Source of the DNA: a virus
DNA length: 64,000 nt
Direction: 5' to 3' (one strand)
IMG/VR virus record: IMGVR_UViG_3300045988_118025
Span: 3,783-67,782 of that record
Of the stretch, positions 1 to 9,891 are shown piece after piece (within the stretch, counting starts at the first letter, position 1; each line of letters opens with the position of its first letter). Under the pieces are notes generated by a model. The model was given only the letters and a program-made list of their open reading frames with translations, made no database searches and was not told where the DNA came from. The position numbers and the translations under genes are program-made.

Positions 1-119
1 CTAATTATCGGTCGGTACCAGGATACATCTTTTTAGGGCCTGAAGATTTAAAGGAATTTGAAAAGAAAATAATAGAAAGAAAGTCGGATTCTGGATATGA
101 TGTAACAATATTATTAAAC

Positions 120-431
120 ATGTATCTAACTTTGGCTTTTGTAAAAGAATTTGGATTTAAAGCCGGAGAAGCATGGAGTGAAATAACAGAATATGCTTAC
201 GGATGTTTGTCGTATTCTGATTTTGCAACAACAGAGATGCTTATACCAGAAGGTTCGGAGCATTTATTCAAAGACATTTACACGGCAAAGGCCGACGAAT
301 TATATCATCATGTCCTGGATAAATTCGGATGGGCGTGGCGTGATCCGAAATATAAATCAGAAACAGAATTATGTTCGATGTTAAAATGGGCAAAAGAAAA
401 AGGCTTGACCATTGAAGAGTTAAGTATTTAA
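120..431 (+). CDS. hypothetical protein
   Basis: 103-aa ORF, co-directional with the tightly packed + strand gene block. Confidence 0.45.
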   Translation: MYLTLAFVKEFGFKAGEAWSEITEYAYGCLSYSDFATTEMLIPEGSEHLFKDIYTAKADELYHHVLDKFGWAWRDPKYKSETELCSMLKWAKEKGLTIEELSI

Positions 432-494
432 TTGTTAAACATAAGGCAGTAGTGGTGCGTGAGTATAGGTGCTGCCGTTAAAATATTTTATAAG

Positions 495-743
495 ATGAAA
501 AAAGAAGAGATTCAAACTATTTTATACACAATCAAAGAAGGAGACAGTATTAAAATCAAAGTACAAGACAAAAGTGAAGAGATAAGACTGCGGGATCATG
601 TAAGAAGAGTACAGAAATACGGATACAGGTTTTGTTTGTCTCATTTACATGATGGAATTTTCTATCTGGAGAAGTTGAAAGAAGGGGACAAGGATAAATA
701 CTATAGAGTAATAAACAGAGGAAATGGAAAGACCGGAGTATAA
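495..743 (+). CDS. hypothetical protein
   Basis: ORF track 459..743 uses a GTG start; first ATG at 495. Conserved ATAGGTG-containing motif lies just upstream. Confidence 0.45.
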   Translation: MKKEEIQTILYTIKEGDSIKIKVQDKSEEIRLRDHVRRVQKYGYRFCLSHLHDGIFYLEKLKEGDKDKYYRVINRGNGKTGV

Positions 744-1017
744 TAAGCTACGCAAAATGGTTAAGACTACTCCAGGTCTGATAGTGGACGAGGTGCAAAA
801 CATGATGCGTGTATCGCTATACGATAATGGGGAACTTAAGAAGGTGGTAGTAGTAATGAAATGCGATTCTTTTTTACAGTCAAAAAGTAACATAGAAAAG
901 ATAATGTTATTATCATCTTCTATAGAAGATAGAAAAAACAAAGAAAAAAATAAAACAAAATCAGAAAATGAACAGAATAACAAAAATAAGAGAAGAAATA
1001 GGAGGAAAACAGGTTGA
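724..1017 (+). CDS. hypothetical protein with Lys/Asn-rich C-terminal tail
   Basis: 97-aa ORF overlapping both neighbours; low-complexity basic tail. Confidence 0.35.
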   Translation: MERPEYNKLRKMVKTTPGLIVDEVQNMMRVSLYDNGELKKVVVVMKCDSFLQSKSNIEKIMLLSSSIEDRKNKEKNKTKSENEQNNKNKRRNRRKTG

Positions 1018-1351
1018 TTTGACCTTTTACGGGCGCTTTTGCAGCCTTATCGAAGGTGATAGGAAGATAATACTAAGGGCGATAAAAAACGGTCGTAAAA
1101 AAGGCGTAATCGGAGCTATTCAGCCTGGGAGACATGATAGAATTTGGACCACATGGTCTATTGCTTTTGATGATCTGAAGGTAGGGGATACGGTAGAGTT
1201 CAGTACATCTGGAAAATACAATCCCGGATTTCATGCTACGGAAAAGTATGTAGGGTGTGTAGAATGGATAAAAGGATCGGAATGTGCGATAAAAACAGGT
1301 AAGGGGATGGCAGTAGTATTAATTAAACACATAGAAAGGGTAGTAAAATAA
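968..1351 (+). CDS. hypothetical protein
   Basis: 127-aa ORF; its stop overlaps the next start (1351). Confidence 0.4.
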   Translation: MNRITKIREEIGGKQVDLTFYGRFCSLIEGDRKIILRAIKNGRKKGVIGAIQPGRHDRIWTTWSIAFDDLKVGDTVEFSTSGKYNPGFHATEKYVGCVEWIKGSECAIKTGKGMAVVLIKHIERVVK

Positions 1352-1632
1352 TGGATTTAAGGATGTTTATAGACCTATTTCAGGAGATTGAGGTAGAAAA
1401 CTTGTTTAAAGCGTTAGATTTATGTATGGAATATGTAAGATTAGATTTACATGTGTTTAATGTAGGAGCTCATGTAACGTGTTCATACAGCAATGATCTT
1501 GAATCTCTTTCACAGGCAGAAGGTTGTAATGTGAATATGATAATAGAGGTACCCTACTTATTCGAAGCATTCATGGAATATGCTTCACCGGAAATGAAGT
1601 TGTATTATGAAAAACTAACAGAGATAGTATAA
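1351..1632 (+). CDS. hypothetical protein
   Basis: 93-aa ORF in operon-like packing. Confidence 0.45.
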   Translation: MDLRMFIDLFQEIEVENLFKALDLCMEYVRLDLHVFNVGAHVTCSYSNDLESLSQAEGCNVNMIIEVPYLFEAFMEYASPEMKLYYEKLTEIV

Positions 1633-1633
1633 T

Positions 1634-2107
1634 ATGAAAGAAGAAGTAGAACGGATAAAGAAGTTGGTAGGCATAGATCATAACAGATGGGAGCAACCTT
1701 GTACATGTGATAAATGTAAAAACATGTGTAAAGTTCCTTGTATTGGTACGCCAAAAGACATAGAGGCTATCATAGATGCCGGATACGCTGACAGGTTAAA
1801 AGAAACAATGTGGATGGTAGGGTATCTTGCAGTGAAAGAAAAACCAATAGCGATGATCCAGCCAACAGAGAAAGACGGGTGGTGCGCATTCCGCCAGCCG
1901 GGCGGTCTCTGCGAGCTGCATGACCTCGGACTAAAGCCGACCGAAGGAGTTCTGGCTTCTTGTAAGGTGGTTGAAGAAGACGATATTCCGACATACGAAA
2001 CATCCGTACTTAGAGCAGTAGCTCACGAGTGGGTTAAGGTGGAGAACTTTGGAAATGTAATGAAGGTCGTTTTTAAATTTTTGCATGAAAATGAACGTAG
2101 AAAATAA
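1634..2107 (+). CDS. hypothetical Cys-rich protein
   Basis: 157-aa ORF containing CTCDKCKNMCKVPC cysteine cluster. Confidence 0.45.
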   Translation: MKEEVERIKKLVGIDHNRWEQPCTCDKCKNMCKVPCIGTPKDIEAIIDAGYADRLKETMWMVGYLAVKEKPIAMIQPTEKDGWCAFRQPGGLCELHDLGLKPTEGVLASCKVVEEDDIPTYETSVLRAVAHEWVKVENFGNVMKVVFKFLHENERRK

Positions 2108-2495
2108 ATTAGATAAAGTGGTTAAGATCCTAAAAGAAAAAGGATTTGTGGTATATAGAAAGGGAGGAAAGGAGCCGGGTGTATTTTACGCCAAAGAAGG
2201 TGACAGCCGGATAGGATTCGTTTATCCCAACAACGGATATATATACGACAGGATAAAAATGTGGTCTTTTTCAAGGGTGTATAAACCGCATAAGAAAACC
2301 GGGTCTTCGTGCTTAATGTGTGTCAGCGACGAATTTACGATAGAGAATGCGATTAAGAGCATAGAGGATAGACTGTGGGTAAATTATATAAAAGACGGTA
2401 ACAGAAAACGACCAGAAGAATATAAAAATATAAGAGAATTTGTTGGTAGCTTCACTAAATTCTACAACTCTGTAGAATTAGTTGAGGTTAAGTAG
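2085..2495 (+). CDS. hypothetical protein
   Basis: 136-aa ORF. Confidence 0.4.
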   Translation: MKMNVENKLDKVVKILKEKGFVVYRKGGKEPGVFYAKEGDSRIGFVYPNNGYIYDRIKMWSFSRVYKPHKKTGSSCLMCVSDEFTIENAIKSIEDRLWVNYIKDGNRKRPEEYKNIREFVGSFTKFYNSVELVEVK

Positions 2496-2568
2496 TTTTC
2501 CATGCGAGTTAGTTGCCGGCACTGGTCTGTGAAGATAGGTGTCGTTTTTTTAAGAAAGGAGGATAAAG

Positions 2569-2820
2569 ATGGAGAAAAGAGACAAGGAAATGCCTTACGA
2601 GGTAATCATACAGGAGAGAAACAAAGTGGATTTATACGGTAACGTAGTATATTATATCTATTGGTTTGATAAATATGGGTACAATATCACAAACGAATGG
2701 AAATTCTGGAGCAAGGGTCCGAAAAAGAAATACGATAGAGTTAATCGTTATCTAACGGATAGTTGGCTGAAGGAATACTGTGGGAATAACAATTTAAAGA
2801 TAAGTAGAATAAAGGAATGA
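2569..2820 (+). CDS. hypothetical protein
   Basis: 83-aa ORF with AGGAGG RBS 7 nt upstream; ATAGGTG motif at 2523-2543. Confidence 0.45.
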   Translation: MEKRDKEMPYEVIIQERNKVDLYGNVVYYIYWFDKYGYNITNEWKFWSKGPKKKYDRVNRYLTDSWLKEYCGNNNLKISRIKE

Positions 2821-3332
2821 AAACGATAAAAGTAGACAAAGTGATATTATATTACATGGATCGGGTAGACCCTGACGGGAACTTATACCGGTTCTATGTG
2901 TATAAAGGAATGGCATCTGAAATAGAATACTTTTGTACTGAAGAGGCAGGTAATATGACCATACCAATCGGAGAAGGAAAGTATGTCAAGATCGTACCAA
3001 AAGAAATAGAGAAAATACCAGTAAGGGGATATAGGAAGCTTGTTGGAATATGGAATCGTGAAACATGTAACGGGAAGGGATGGTATAGGCTTTTTAATTA
3101 TTTCAAATACAAGCCGACCCTGTGTTATTTTAAAAAAGCGGGATATGATAAAAATGGGAACACAAGATACGAAATATCATTATTTAACAACATTATAAAT
3201 GTGACAAGGTATTTTGATCTGTGGAGAATGAAGCCAGGAAAGTATGTTATGGTAACAAACGAGTGTGGCGCCTTGGATGTTATAAAAGAAAAATTTGATA
3301 ACATAAATATAGTGGAATATGGATCTGAATGA
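2817..3332 (+). CDS. hypothetical protein
   Basis: 171-aa ORF, ATGA overlap with upstream gene. Confidence 0.45.
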   Translation: MKTIKVDKVILYYMDRVDPDGNLYRFYVYKGMASEIEYFCTEEAGNMTIPIGEGKYVKIVPKEIEKIPVRGYRKLVGIWNRETCNGKGWYRLFNYFKYKPTLCYFKKAGYDKNGNTRYEISLFNNIINVTRYFDLWRMKPGKYVMVTNECGALDVIKEKFDNINIVEYGSE

Positions 3333-3678
3333 ATTGTACAAAGAAATAGAAAAAGCAGAGGTTGATCTGAATGCAAAAAGATTAAAGTACATCAAAGAGG
3401 CATTAGTGGAGAACGGTGGAAGTATAAAGCTAAAATTTAAAAAATGGGGAGAAGATAATAATGCGTTTGACTTTGATGTTCAGTTTCCGGTGATAATAGA
3501 AATTGCTGGGATTCCTATGTTTTTAACGGAGGTGTATGTCAAAAAAAACGATTTTTGTATGGTTCTGCTGGATTATGATGATATGACTTTAGGTGATTTT
3601 GATAATACAGGGGAAAATGAACAGGTTGCTTATTTTATTAACTATTGCTTAAATCAAGACAAAGATGGGAAAGAGTAG
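3319..3678 (+). CDS. hypothetical protein
   Basis: 119-aa ORF. Confidence 0.4.
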   Translation: MDLNELYKEIEKAEVDLNAKRLKYIKEALVENGGSIKLKFKKWGEDNNAFDFDVQFPVIIEIAGIPMFLTEVYVKKNDFCMVLLDYDDMTLGDFDNTGENEQVAYFINYCLNQDKDGKE

Positions 3679-3853
3679 AAAAGATTATGAGAAGTTTCTT
3701 AACTCAATATCTCCAGATAGAGACGATGAGGCATGGATCATTGGAGGAAAGAACAGGTATTGCGGTAGAGAGAATTATGGCACTATGATCAAAAGGTACG
3801 ATCCTATTGGTTTTAATGTAGGGTACAGAGAGTGGGTGAAACAGCCAGAGTAA
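3665..3853 (+). CDS. hypothetical protein
   Basis: 62-aa ORF followed by GC-rich hairpin. Confidence 0.35.
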   Translation: MGKSRKDYEKFLNSISPDRDDEAWIIGGKNRYCGRENYGTMIKRYDPIGFNVGYREWVKQPE

Positions 3854-3878
3854 GACGGCGCCCGCCCTGCCATGAGGT

Positions 3879-3905
3879 CGGCCTGGCTGTCTGTGGCCAG
3901 GGCCG
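3879..3905 (+). terminator. GC-rich imperfect hairpin (terminator candidate)
   Basis: cggcctggc ... gccagggccg imperfect inverted repeat in an otherwise AT-rich intergenic gap after the 3665..3853 ORF. Confidence 0.3.
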
Positions 3906-3946
3906 TATATTAGTCAGATAGTGAACGACGAAAACAATACAAATAT

Positions 3947-4426
3947 TTGTTAATCATGAGAGTAGAAGATTTAACGAAGTTTGAAGGGGAATGTCCTATT
4001 ATAGTAGTATTTAGCACATATATGGATATACGGATTCCTTTAACAAAGAAATGGAAGAAAATCATTAATGAGAAAGAAGATAAACCAAACACATATCATA
4101 ATAATCTGATTGATTATATTTCAGGACAGATAGAGTTGTCCGGATTCAACATGAAAAGCATCGGGAACCTGTTAATAAAGAAAATAGTTTTCAATGAAAA
4201 CAATTACTACAGGTATAACAACATAGAAGGATTCCCGATAACTATCAACGATTTGGGATATTGGGATAAAAACAGAGTAAGGCTAAATGAAGATTTTCAC
4301 ACTGTTAGGCTGTTTAATACGGTAAGTGTATATGGATTGATATTTGAATCCATAAAACAAAATAATTTCATTATGCTTGAAAACGATATAATGCAGATCA
4401 AGGTTGGAGGAATAACTTACATCTAA
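3947..4426 (+). CDS. hypothetical protein
   Basis: 159-aa ORF. Confidence 0.45.
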   Translation: MLIMRVEDLTKFEGECPIIVVFSTYMDIRIPLTKKWKKIINEKEDKPNTYHNNLIDYISGQIELSGFNMKSIGNLLIKKIVFNENNYYRYNNIEGFPITINDLGYWDKNRVRLNEDFHTVRLFNTVSVYGLIFESIKQNNFIMLENDIMQIKVGGITYI

Positions 4427-4437
4427 AGAAATAAATC

Positions 4438-5193
4438 ATGAAGCTATTATACTTAGTAGAGTCAGGAGAATCGAAGTTCCTTGTCTTCGACGAAATGCCT
4501 GATAAAATTAGCACAAAGTACGGAGATGATACCATTATTGGAAGGATAGGAGGTATATTCTATGATTTCCTTGCAAAGAGGAATGAGAGAAGAGAAGCTT
4601 TCGGAGGTAGAAAGTTCGATATCGTACTTGACAACGGAAAGGTAGAGAAGTGTGAAGGACAATGGTGGGATGAGGTGACAGACAGATCCAAGGAAGAATT
4701 GGAAAAAGAAGGGAATCCATTTTCTAAGATGATGTTGATCGGTGTTTCTTCAGTAGATAGATTATTGGATTGCTATGTGTATTGCGGGCTATGGGCATCC
4801 GAAAGCAAGATTGAAGAAATGATAGCTGATTACAAAGGTCGTATATATGAGTATTACGAATTTAAGGAAGAGGTCATTAATAAGATAAATGAGACCCTTA
4901 GAAAATCATATATTCAATCTTGGAAAGAACGGATAATACGATCTGGGATGAGACAGAAAAAGAAAGACGTGTTTGAATCACCGGATGGATTGTATATTGA
5001 GATGGTATATGAGAACAAAGCGTTTGTGCCATATAGACCTATAAAAGAAATCCAGGATTTACCTATAGATGCAAAGTACATACCGCTTCTTACAAGGATA
5101 TTTGGAAAGAACATACTTGCGGAGATAGGAGGAGGTAAGATATTTATAACTACCGGGAAATACGCTGTAAATTTTTGGTGCTGGGGAAAATAA
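4438..5193 (+). CDS. hypothetical protein
   Basis: 251-aa ORF. Confidence 0.5.
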   Translation: MKLLYLVESGESKFLVFDEMPDKISTKYGDDTIIGRIGGIFYDFLAKRNERREAFGGRKFDIVLDNGKVEKCEGQWWDEVTDRSKEELEKEGNPFSKMMLIGVSSVDRLLDCYVYCGLWASESKIEEMIADYKGRIYEYYEFKEEVINKINETLRKSYIQSWKERIIRSGMRQKKKDVFESPDGLYIEMVYENKAFVPYRPIKEIQDLPIDAKYIPLLTRIFGKNILAEIGGGKIFITTGKYAVNFWCWGK

Positions 5194-5243
5194 AATTATG
5201 TATATAGTTATATTGCTGAATTTTAATTTATAAATAAAACAAT

Positions 5244-5939
5244 ATGGAAAGAAAAGTATCAGTTTACCCGTTCCCCTTTGGAACAAGGGTATTTATGCAC
5301 AGAAACGGAGTGATTCATGAAGCAGAATATCGCGGCATGAGAATAAAAGATACCGGTATTTGTGGAAACAACGTGGATACCGAACATATCTTTTGGTTTG
5401 GCAGCAAATTGGGAGAGGAAAAATTTAAGGTAAGTATGCCCATATACAAAACCGCTGAAGATGCAGCACAAGAAACCAATCCTGTACAATATGAGGTGTT
5501 GAATATAGAGTCTTTTTCTTTAAAATACTTACCGTATCTTGTCTGGGATGGCATACAGTTCTGTGGTTGGCTATGGGATGGTTCAAGACCGGTAAAGAGA
5601 GCAACACGGGAACCTTTAAGGGTTTGCAAAATTTATGGAGGTAAAGTTACCTTCGTTGATTATAGCGGAAACGAGTATTATGCCGAACACTTTCGGCGAT
5701 TCTATCAGACCGCAGAACAATGTCGGGAGGCAAACAAACCAAAAATTGTCATGCTGGATAAAGAAGAGGGTGATTTTGCAAAACAGAAGCGTGATGAATT
5801 TTATGCTTACATCAAGCATTATTGTCCCGGCTTTGAGGATAAAATCGAGTGGGAATATTTCCAAGCATATAAAACTATGCCGTGGAATCTGTCTCAACAA
5901 GTAAAGTTTTGGAGTAATTATGGAATTGCCTTTAAATAG
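5244..5939 (+). CDS. hypothetical protein
   Basis: 231-aa ORF. Confidence 0.5.
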   Translation: MERKVSVYPFPFGTRVFMHRNGVIHEAEYRGMRIKDTGICGNNVDTEHIFWFGSKLGEEKFKVSMPIYKTAEDAAQETNPVQYEVLNIESFSLKYLPYLVWDGIQFCGWLWDGSRPVKRATREPLRVCKIYGGKVTFVDYSGNEYYAEHFRRFYQTAEQCREANKPKIVMLDKEEGDFAKQKRDEFYAYIKHYCPGFEDKIEWEYFQAYKTMPWNLSQQVKFWSNYGIAFK

Positions 5940-5946
5940 TTAGTAT

Positions 5947-6261
5947 ATGACATTTAAAGAATTTATGCAAGAGAACGGCTATGACCTGATAACTACCTTT
6001 TGGGAAGATTTCAGCATAGCCGACAAGTATGGTATAGCAGGTGTCAAAGATACTTACAGACGTGCGTTTAGTGAATGGAAAGACGATTATAAGTTCTTTA
6101 CAGAATTGACGCTGGTATTGAATCATAAAATCTGGCAACATTATAAAAGCAATCGTGAACTGGCTGCATTGTATGACCGGTTGTGGCGGGAAGCTGACGA
6201 GTATGCCATGAACAACTTTAAGGGAGAAGAACTTGATTATTATTACAGAATAACAGATTAG
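5947..6261 (+). CDS. hypothetical protein
   Basis: 104-aa ORF. Confidence 0.45.
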   Translation: MTFKEFMQENGYDLITTFWEDFSIADKYGIAGVKDTYRRAFSEWKDDYKFFTELTLVLNHKIWQHYKSNRELAALYDRLWREADEYAMNNFKGEELDYYYRITD

Positions 6262-6264
6262 CTA

Positions 6265-6444
6265 TGTTATATCCGTTTTCATTGACGCTTGATTTATATA
6301 TACAAGCCGAATCGTTTGAAGAAGCCAAGAAATTAGCGGAAGCATACGTTCAAGATGCTTCGTTAGATACGACTAACTATCCGGAAATAGTGCAGGATGT
6401 ATTGGAAGTAGCAGAGTATGGGATTATTGATGTAGAACAATAAA
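6265..6444 (+). CDS. small hypothetical protein (59 aa, below ORF-track cutoff)
   Basis: ATG at 6265 to TAA at 6442-6444 (MLYPFSLTLDLYIQAESFEEAKKLAEAY...); fills an otherwise empty 188-bp gap in a compact operon. Confidence 0.3.
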
Positions 6445-6449
6445 CAATC

Positions 6450-6770
6450 ATGGAAGCGAAAATCAAAATAGACGTATTATGTTTTGACGTCTCAGATATC
6501 GATATTATCACGGTAAACAACAGATTAATGGAAACACTAAAACAGAATATAGATCTTCCAGAAAAAGAAAAGTTGAGAAGATTGAAGGAAGCCAAGGGAG
6601 GGACATGGTATGACGGATGGCGCCCATACTGTATGATGTGCAACAGAAATGACAGGATGGTTAGTGAACCTTATGGTTTTAGGTGTCCACAGTGTGGGAA
6701 TATGATAGGATTTAATCTAAAGAGATTGAAGGAATCATCATTAAATAATGCTTCCAAGGAGGTTGTTTGA
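6450..6770 (+). CDS. zinc-ribbon protein
   Basis: CMMCNRND ... CPQCGN four-Cys arrangement. Confidence 0.45.
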   Translation: MEAKIKIDVLCFDVSDIDIITVNNRLMETLKQNIDLPEKEKLRRLKEAKGGTWYDGWRPYCMMCNRNDRMVSEPYGFRCPQCGNMIGFNLKRLKESSLNNASKEVV

Positions 6771-6809
6771 TACAAGATGTGAAATATAATAAACAAAAAA
6801 AATAGCGAA

Positions 6810-7094
6810 ATGAAAGAATTTATATTTGAAGTAGAAAGAAGGGTTTATGGATGGATGAAAGATAGATTATCCATTGAAGCAGAAACACCAGAAGAGGCTT
6901 TGAAAAAGCTTAAAGAAATGGCAGAGGATGGAACCAAAAATGGATGGGATGAAGATAGGGTCGGATTAGAGAGCTCTGAATTTGACTATTATGAGGTAGA
7001 GTATCCTACTGTAGAAGAAAATAAGGGAGCTACAATTTTTATTTCACATTTAGATTCTTGTTTAGGATGGGATAATGAGGAGGAAGAAAAATGA
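6810..7094 (+). CDS. hypothetical acidic protein
   Basis: 94-aa ORF. Confidence 0.4.
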   Translation: MKEFIFEVERRVYGWMKDRLSIEAETPEEALKKLKEMAEDGTKNGWDEDRVGLESSEFDYYEVEYPTVEENKGATIFISHLDSCLGWDNEEEEK

Positions 7095-7543
7095 AAGGAA
7101 CGATAGTAACAGGTAGCCTAATTGTGTTCAGTGACGGATTTGTTTGGAAAAGATTATCCAACGAAAAAGCCTACAAGATATGGGTGTCGGCAGAAAATGA
7201 AGATTTTGAGTTATACAAGGTGAGAGTAGATGATGAGTCTGAGTCATTGATAGAGAGTCTTGAAGACTTGCAGGATGCCTTTAAACAAGGTCATTATGTA
7301 TGTATAGAAGTAGGTAAGCTGCCATATAGCATAGATTTGAATTATTTACGAAATCTGCAAGAGCTATCGGCGGAAGCCGTGGAGTATCTACCAGGACTAA
7401 AAGAATGTAGCAGGGAAGAGGCATTTAACATCATTCGAGAGTGGGCTAAAGAGTTTACAGAGAAATATGGGAATTGTGATTTTGATGGATCATACTATGA
7501 TGAAATAGATGAATTTATTGATAAAAAGTTAAGAACTATTTAA
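7091..7543 (+). CDS. hypothetical protein
   Basis: 150-aa ORF, ATGA overlap. Confidence 0.45.
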   Translation: MKGTIVTGSLIVFSDGFVWKRLSNEKAYKIWVSAENEDFELYKVRVDDESESLIESLEDLQDAFKQGHYVCIEVGKLPYSIDLNYLRNLQELSAEAVEYLPGLKECSREEAFNIIREWAKEFTEKYGNCDFDGSYYDEIDEFIDKKLRTI

Positions 7544-7554
7544 AATATAAAGAC

Positions 7555-8364
7555 ATGGAAGACAACCTTATTACAACAAAAGAAGTAGGCGATTATCGCA
7601 TTAAAGTGTATTATTGCCGTGATTCAGAATGCCCTATAACTAATTGGGGTTTGTTTGGGTCATTCTTCTTTGAATACTCTGATATGCATCGATTGCATGA
7701 TGAATGCAATTGGAAAACTTTCTTCTACGATAACAAGCATAATCTTAGAGATGTTATTGATGCTATTGTAATGAAGCATATAGAACAGAAAGACATTATA
7801 AAATATTTAAAGAAAGGGGAAGCGAATGGGATCTCATTCACATACAACAGAGGTAGCAATGTATGGGAGTTGAAGCATAAGACAAGTCCATATATAGGTC
7901 AAGAGTTTTTTCCAAGTGATTTGACGGACTTTGATTACAGAGGAGAATTAATAGAGGATCTGGATGACGAAGATTTGTTAGATATCATATCCAAATACGG
8001 AAAAGATGTGGTGGCTATAGAGTGGTCAACAAGGGGTTATAGTCAAGGTGATTATATAAAAGGGATAGCATACGCTACAAAAGAAAAATATGATAATGAA
8101 GTCTGCGACAAAGAAGGAGATTGGAGAGAAGATTGTGTCAAAATTATAGATAATGAAGTAAAGTCCATAGGTATGTGGATGTGGGGAGATGTAAAAGGGT
8201 ACGTTCTTGAAAAGAAGGTAGCATTTACCAAGAAATACAAAGACGAATCAAGGGAGGATGAAGAGGGAGAAGAATGGGAAGAGGTTGATTCTTGCTGGGG
8301 ATGTTACGAGGAGACAGATGAATTGATAAAGGAAGTCATGATAGAGAATGGCTTAGAAGAATAG
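7555..8364 (+). CDS. hypothetical protein with acidic C-terminus
   Basis: 269-aa ORF. Confidence 0.5.
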   Translation: MEDNLITTKEVGDYRIKVYYCRDSECPITNWGLFGSFFFEYSDMHRLHDECNWKTFFYDNKHNLRDVIDAIVMKHIEQKDIIKYLKKGEANGISFTYNRGSNVWELKHKTSPYIGQEFFPSDLTDFDYRGELIEDLDDEDLLDIISKYGKDVVAIEWSTRGYSQGDYIKGIAYATKEKYDNEVCDKEGDWREDCVKIIDNEVKSIGMWMWGDVKGYVLEKKVAFTKKYKDESREDEEGEEWEEVDSCWGCYEETDELIKEVMIENGLEE

Positions 8365-8380
8365 GTTATAATGGCTGATA

Positions 8381-8923
8381 GTGACGGACGCCACAGGAGA
8401 CAGGTGGGTAAAGTGCGAAGAGCTCCGGTTCAGGGGAGACGGGGCCTGCTTTGCGTGGCGTAAGGCTACAGTAGATGAAATTGTTGAACATTTTAAAAAA
8501 CAGATAATTATGGGATATATATGTACAAGATGTGGTGGAACAAATGTTGCCTGTGAAGCTATAGTAAATCCGAATACCAGAGAAATAATAGATTATTTTG
8601 ATGAATCTTTCGCGCATGCTATTTGCGGGGATTGTGAAAACGAGGTAATAATATCTAACGTTGAAGAAGTCAAACATGAAATTGATTTAAGATTTCATGA
8701 ATTTGTAGAAAAAACAGGTAAGGAGCCTGAATACGTAGAATGTCAGATTGTGTGGAAGAAGACAGGAGACGATAAAAGAGTGACAATCAAACTATCGCTG
8801 AGTATCAACGATGATGATAATGATGATGTTTTTTATTATTGTAATGGGATAGAATCGTTTCAGCAGCTTGCTGAATACGGAATGAGGGAATTTATTGTGA
8901 CATATTGTTGGAGTTTCTTTTAA
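8381..8923 (+). CDS. hypothetical zinc-binding protein (start uncertain)
   Basis: 180-aa ORF with a GTG start in the track; CTRCGG...C...C motif; the 5' end lies in an unusual GC-rich island (8385-8470). Confidence 0.4.
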   Translation: MTDATGDRWVKCEELRFRGDGACFAWRKATVDEIVEHFKKQIIMGYICTRCGGTNVACEAIVNPNTREIIDYFDESFAHAICGDCENEVIISNVEEVKHEIDLRFHEFVEKTGKEPEYVECQIVWKKTGDDKRVTIKLSLSINDDDNDDVFYYCNGIESFQQLAEYGMREFIVTYCWSFF

Positions 8924-8935
8924 ATAACATGCCTT

Positions 8936-9328
8936 ATGAAAACACAAGAAGAATATGCCCGTGAGATTGACGAGATCGTTCTAAGGGATGTAGAAAGTTG
9001 CCAAAGTGATTGGTTTAATATTGATAAAGAGATATTTATGCGGCCAGAGAATAAGAACAAGACATTCATCTTAGGGACCCGGAAGACCGGATGTGATTTA
9101 ATAATACTGGGTGGCACTAATTGTGATGAAGGTAGTATGGATTGGCTTTTTGGGAGTCTTGGCAATGAAAATTTCTATATATGTCAGCCGTTATCTTTCT
9201 ATAAATCACAGCGAGAAATTAAGAAAGTGAATCCGCTGTACGCTTTTAAGTTAGCTACTGCTTATTTCAGGGGACAGGGCATGGTCCCTGTATTTGAAGA
9301 TAGTAATTGTAAACTAATGAAGATATAA
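8936..9328 (+). CDS. hypothetical protein
   Basis: 130-aa ORF. Confidence 0.45.
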   Translation: MKTQEEYAREIDEIVLRDVESCQSDWFNIDKEIFMRPENKNKTFILGTRKTGCDLIILGGTNCDEGSMDWLFGSLGNENFYICQPLSFYKSQREIKKVNPLYAFKLATAYFRGQGMVPVFEDSNCKLMKI

Positions 9329-9329
9329 A

Positions 9330-9635
9330 ATGAAAGAATTTGATAAATATATAACCATATCATTTGATTATGATGGGTGTAACTATAATCACAAAATAGA
9401 TAAAAAAGAGATTGAAATCCATGAAGACAATAATGTCTGGTTCTCTTATTTTGATTTCGGAAAATATCATTTTGAGGTGTGGGGTGGGTTAGATGAGGAT
9501 AATAACCCCATCACTGGAGGAGAATCAAAAAATGGTTTCTGTTCGCCTTTTGCAGTTAATATATATATCATAGAAAACGACGAAGGTGTGCAGGTTGCTC
9601 AAATTGATGATGTGGATATAATAGAATGCGTATAA
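9330..9635 (+). CDS. hypothetical protein
   Basis: 101-aa ORF. Confidence 0.45.
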   Translation: MKEFDKYITISFDYDGCNYNHKIDKKEIEIHEDNNVWFSYFDFGKYHFEVWGGLDEDNNPITGGESKNGFCSPFAVNIYIIENDEGVQVAQIDDVDIIECV

Positions 9636-9880
9636 ACGAAGGTAGTATGATAGAAATAATAAGATACAGGCTTACGGTTTATTGGGCTTGCGCTCTGATA
9701 AACGGTGATTATTCAGGACTGTCTGAAGAAGAAATACAGGAAATAGATGCTTTTTTGAGAAATGCAGAAGGTTATGCGGTGGATGTGGACTGGGAAACAC
9801 AAGGATTCTACCGTTGCAATGACGCAGGAACACTTCCTGGAGAGTGTGCAGATTTTATTTTTCATAAGTGTAATGATTAA
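9626..9880 (+). CDS. hypothetical protein
   Basis: 84-aa ORF. Confidence 0.4.
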   Translation: MRINEGSMIEIIRYRLTVYWACALINGDYSGLSEEEIQEIDAFLRNAEGYAVDVDWETQGFYRCNDAGTLPGECADFIFHKCND

Positions 9881-9891
9881 ACTAAAATAAT

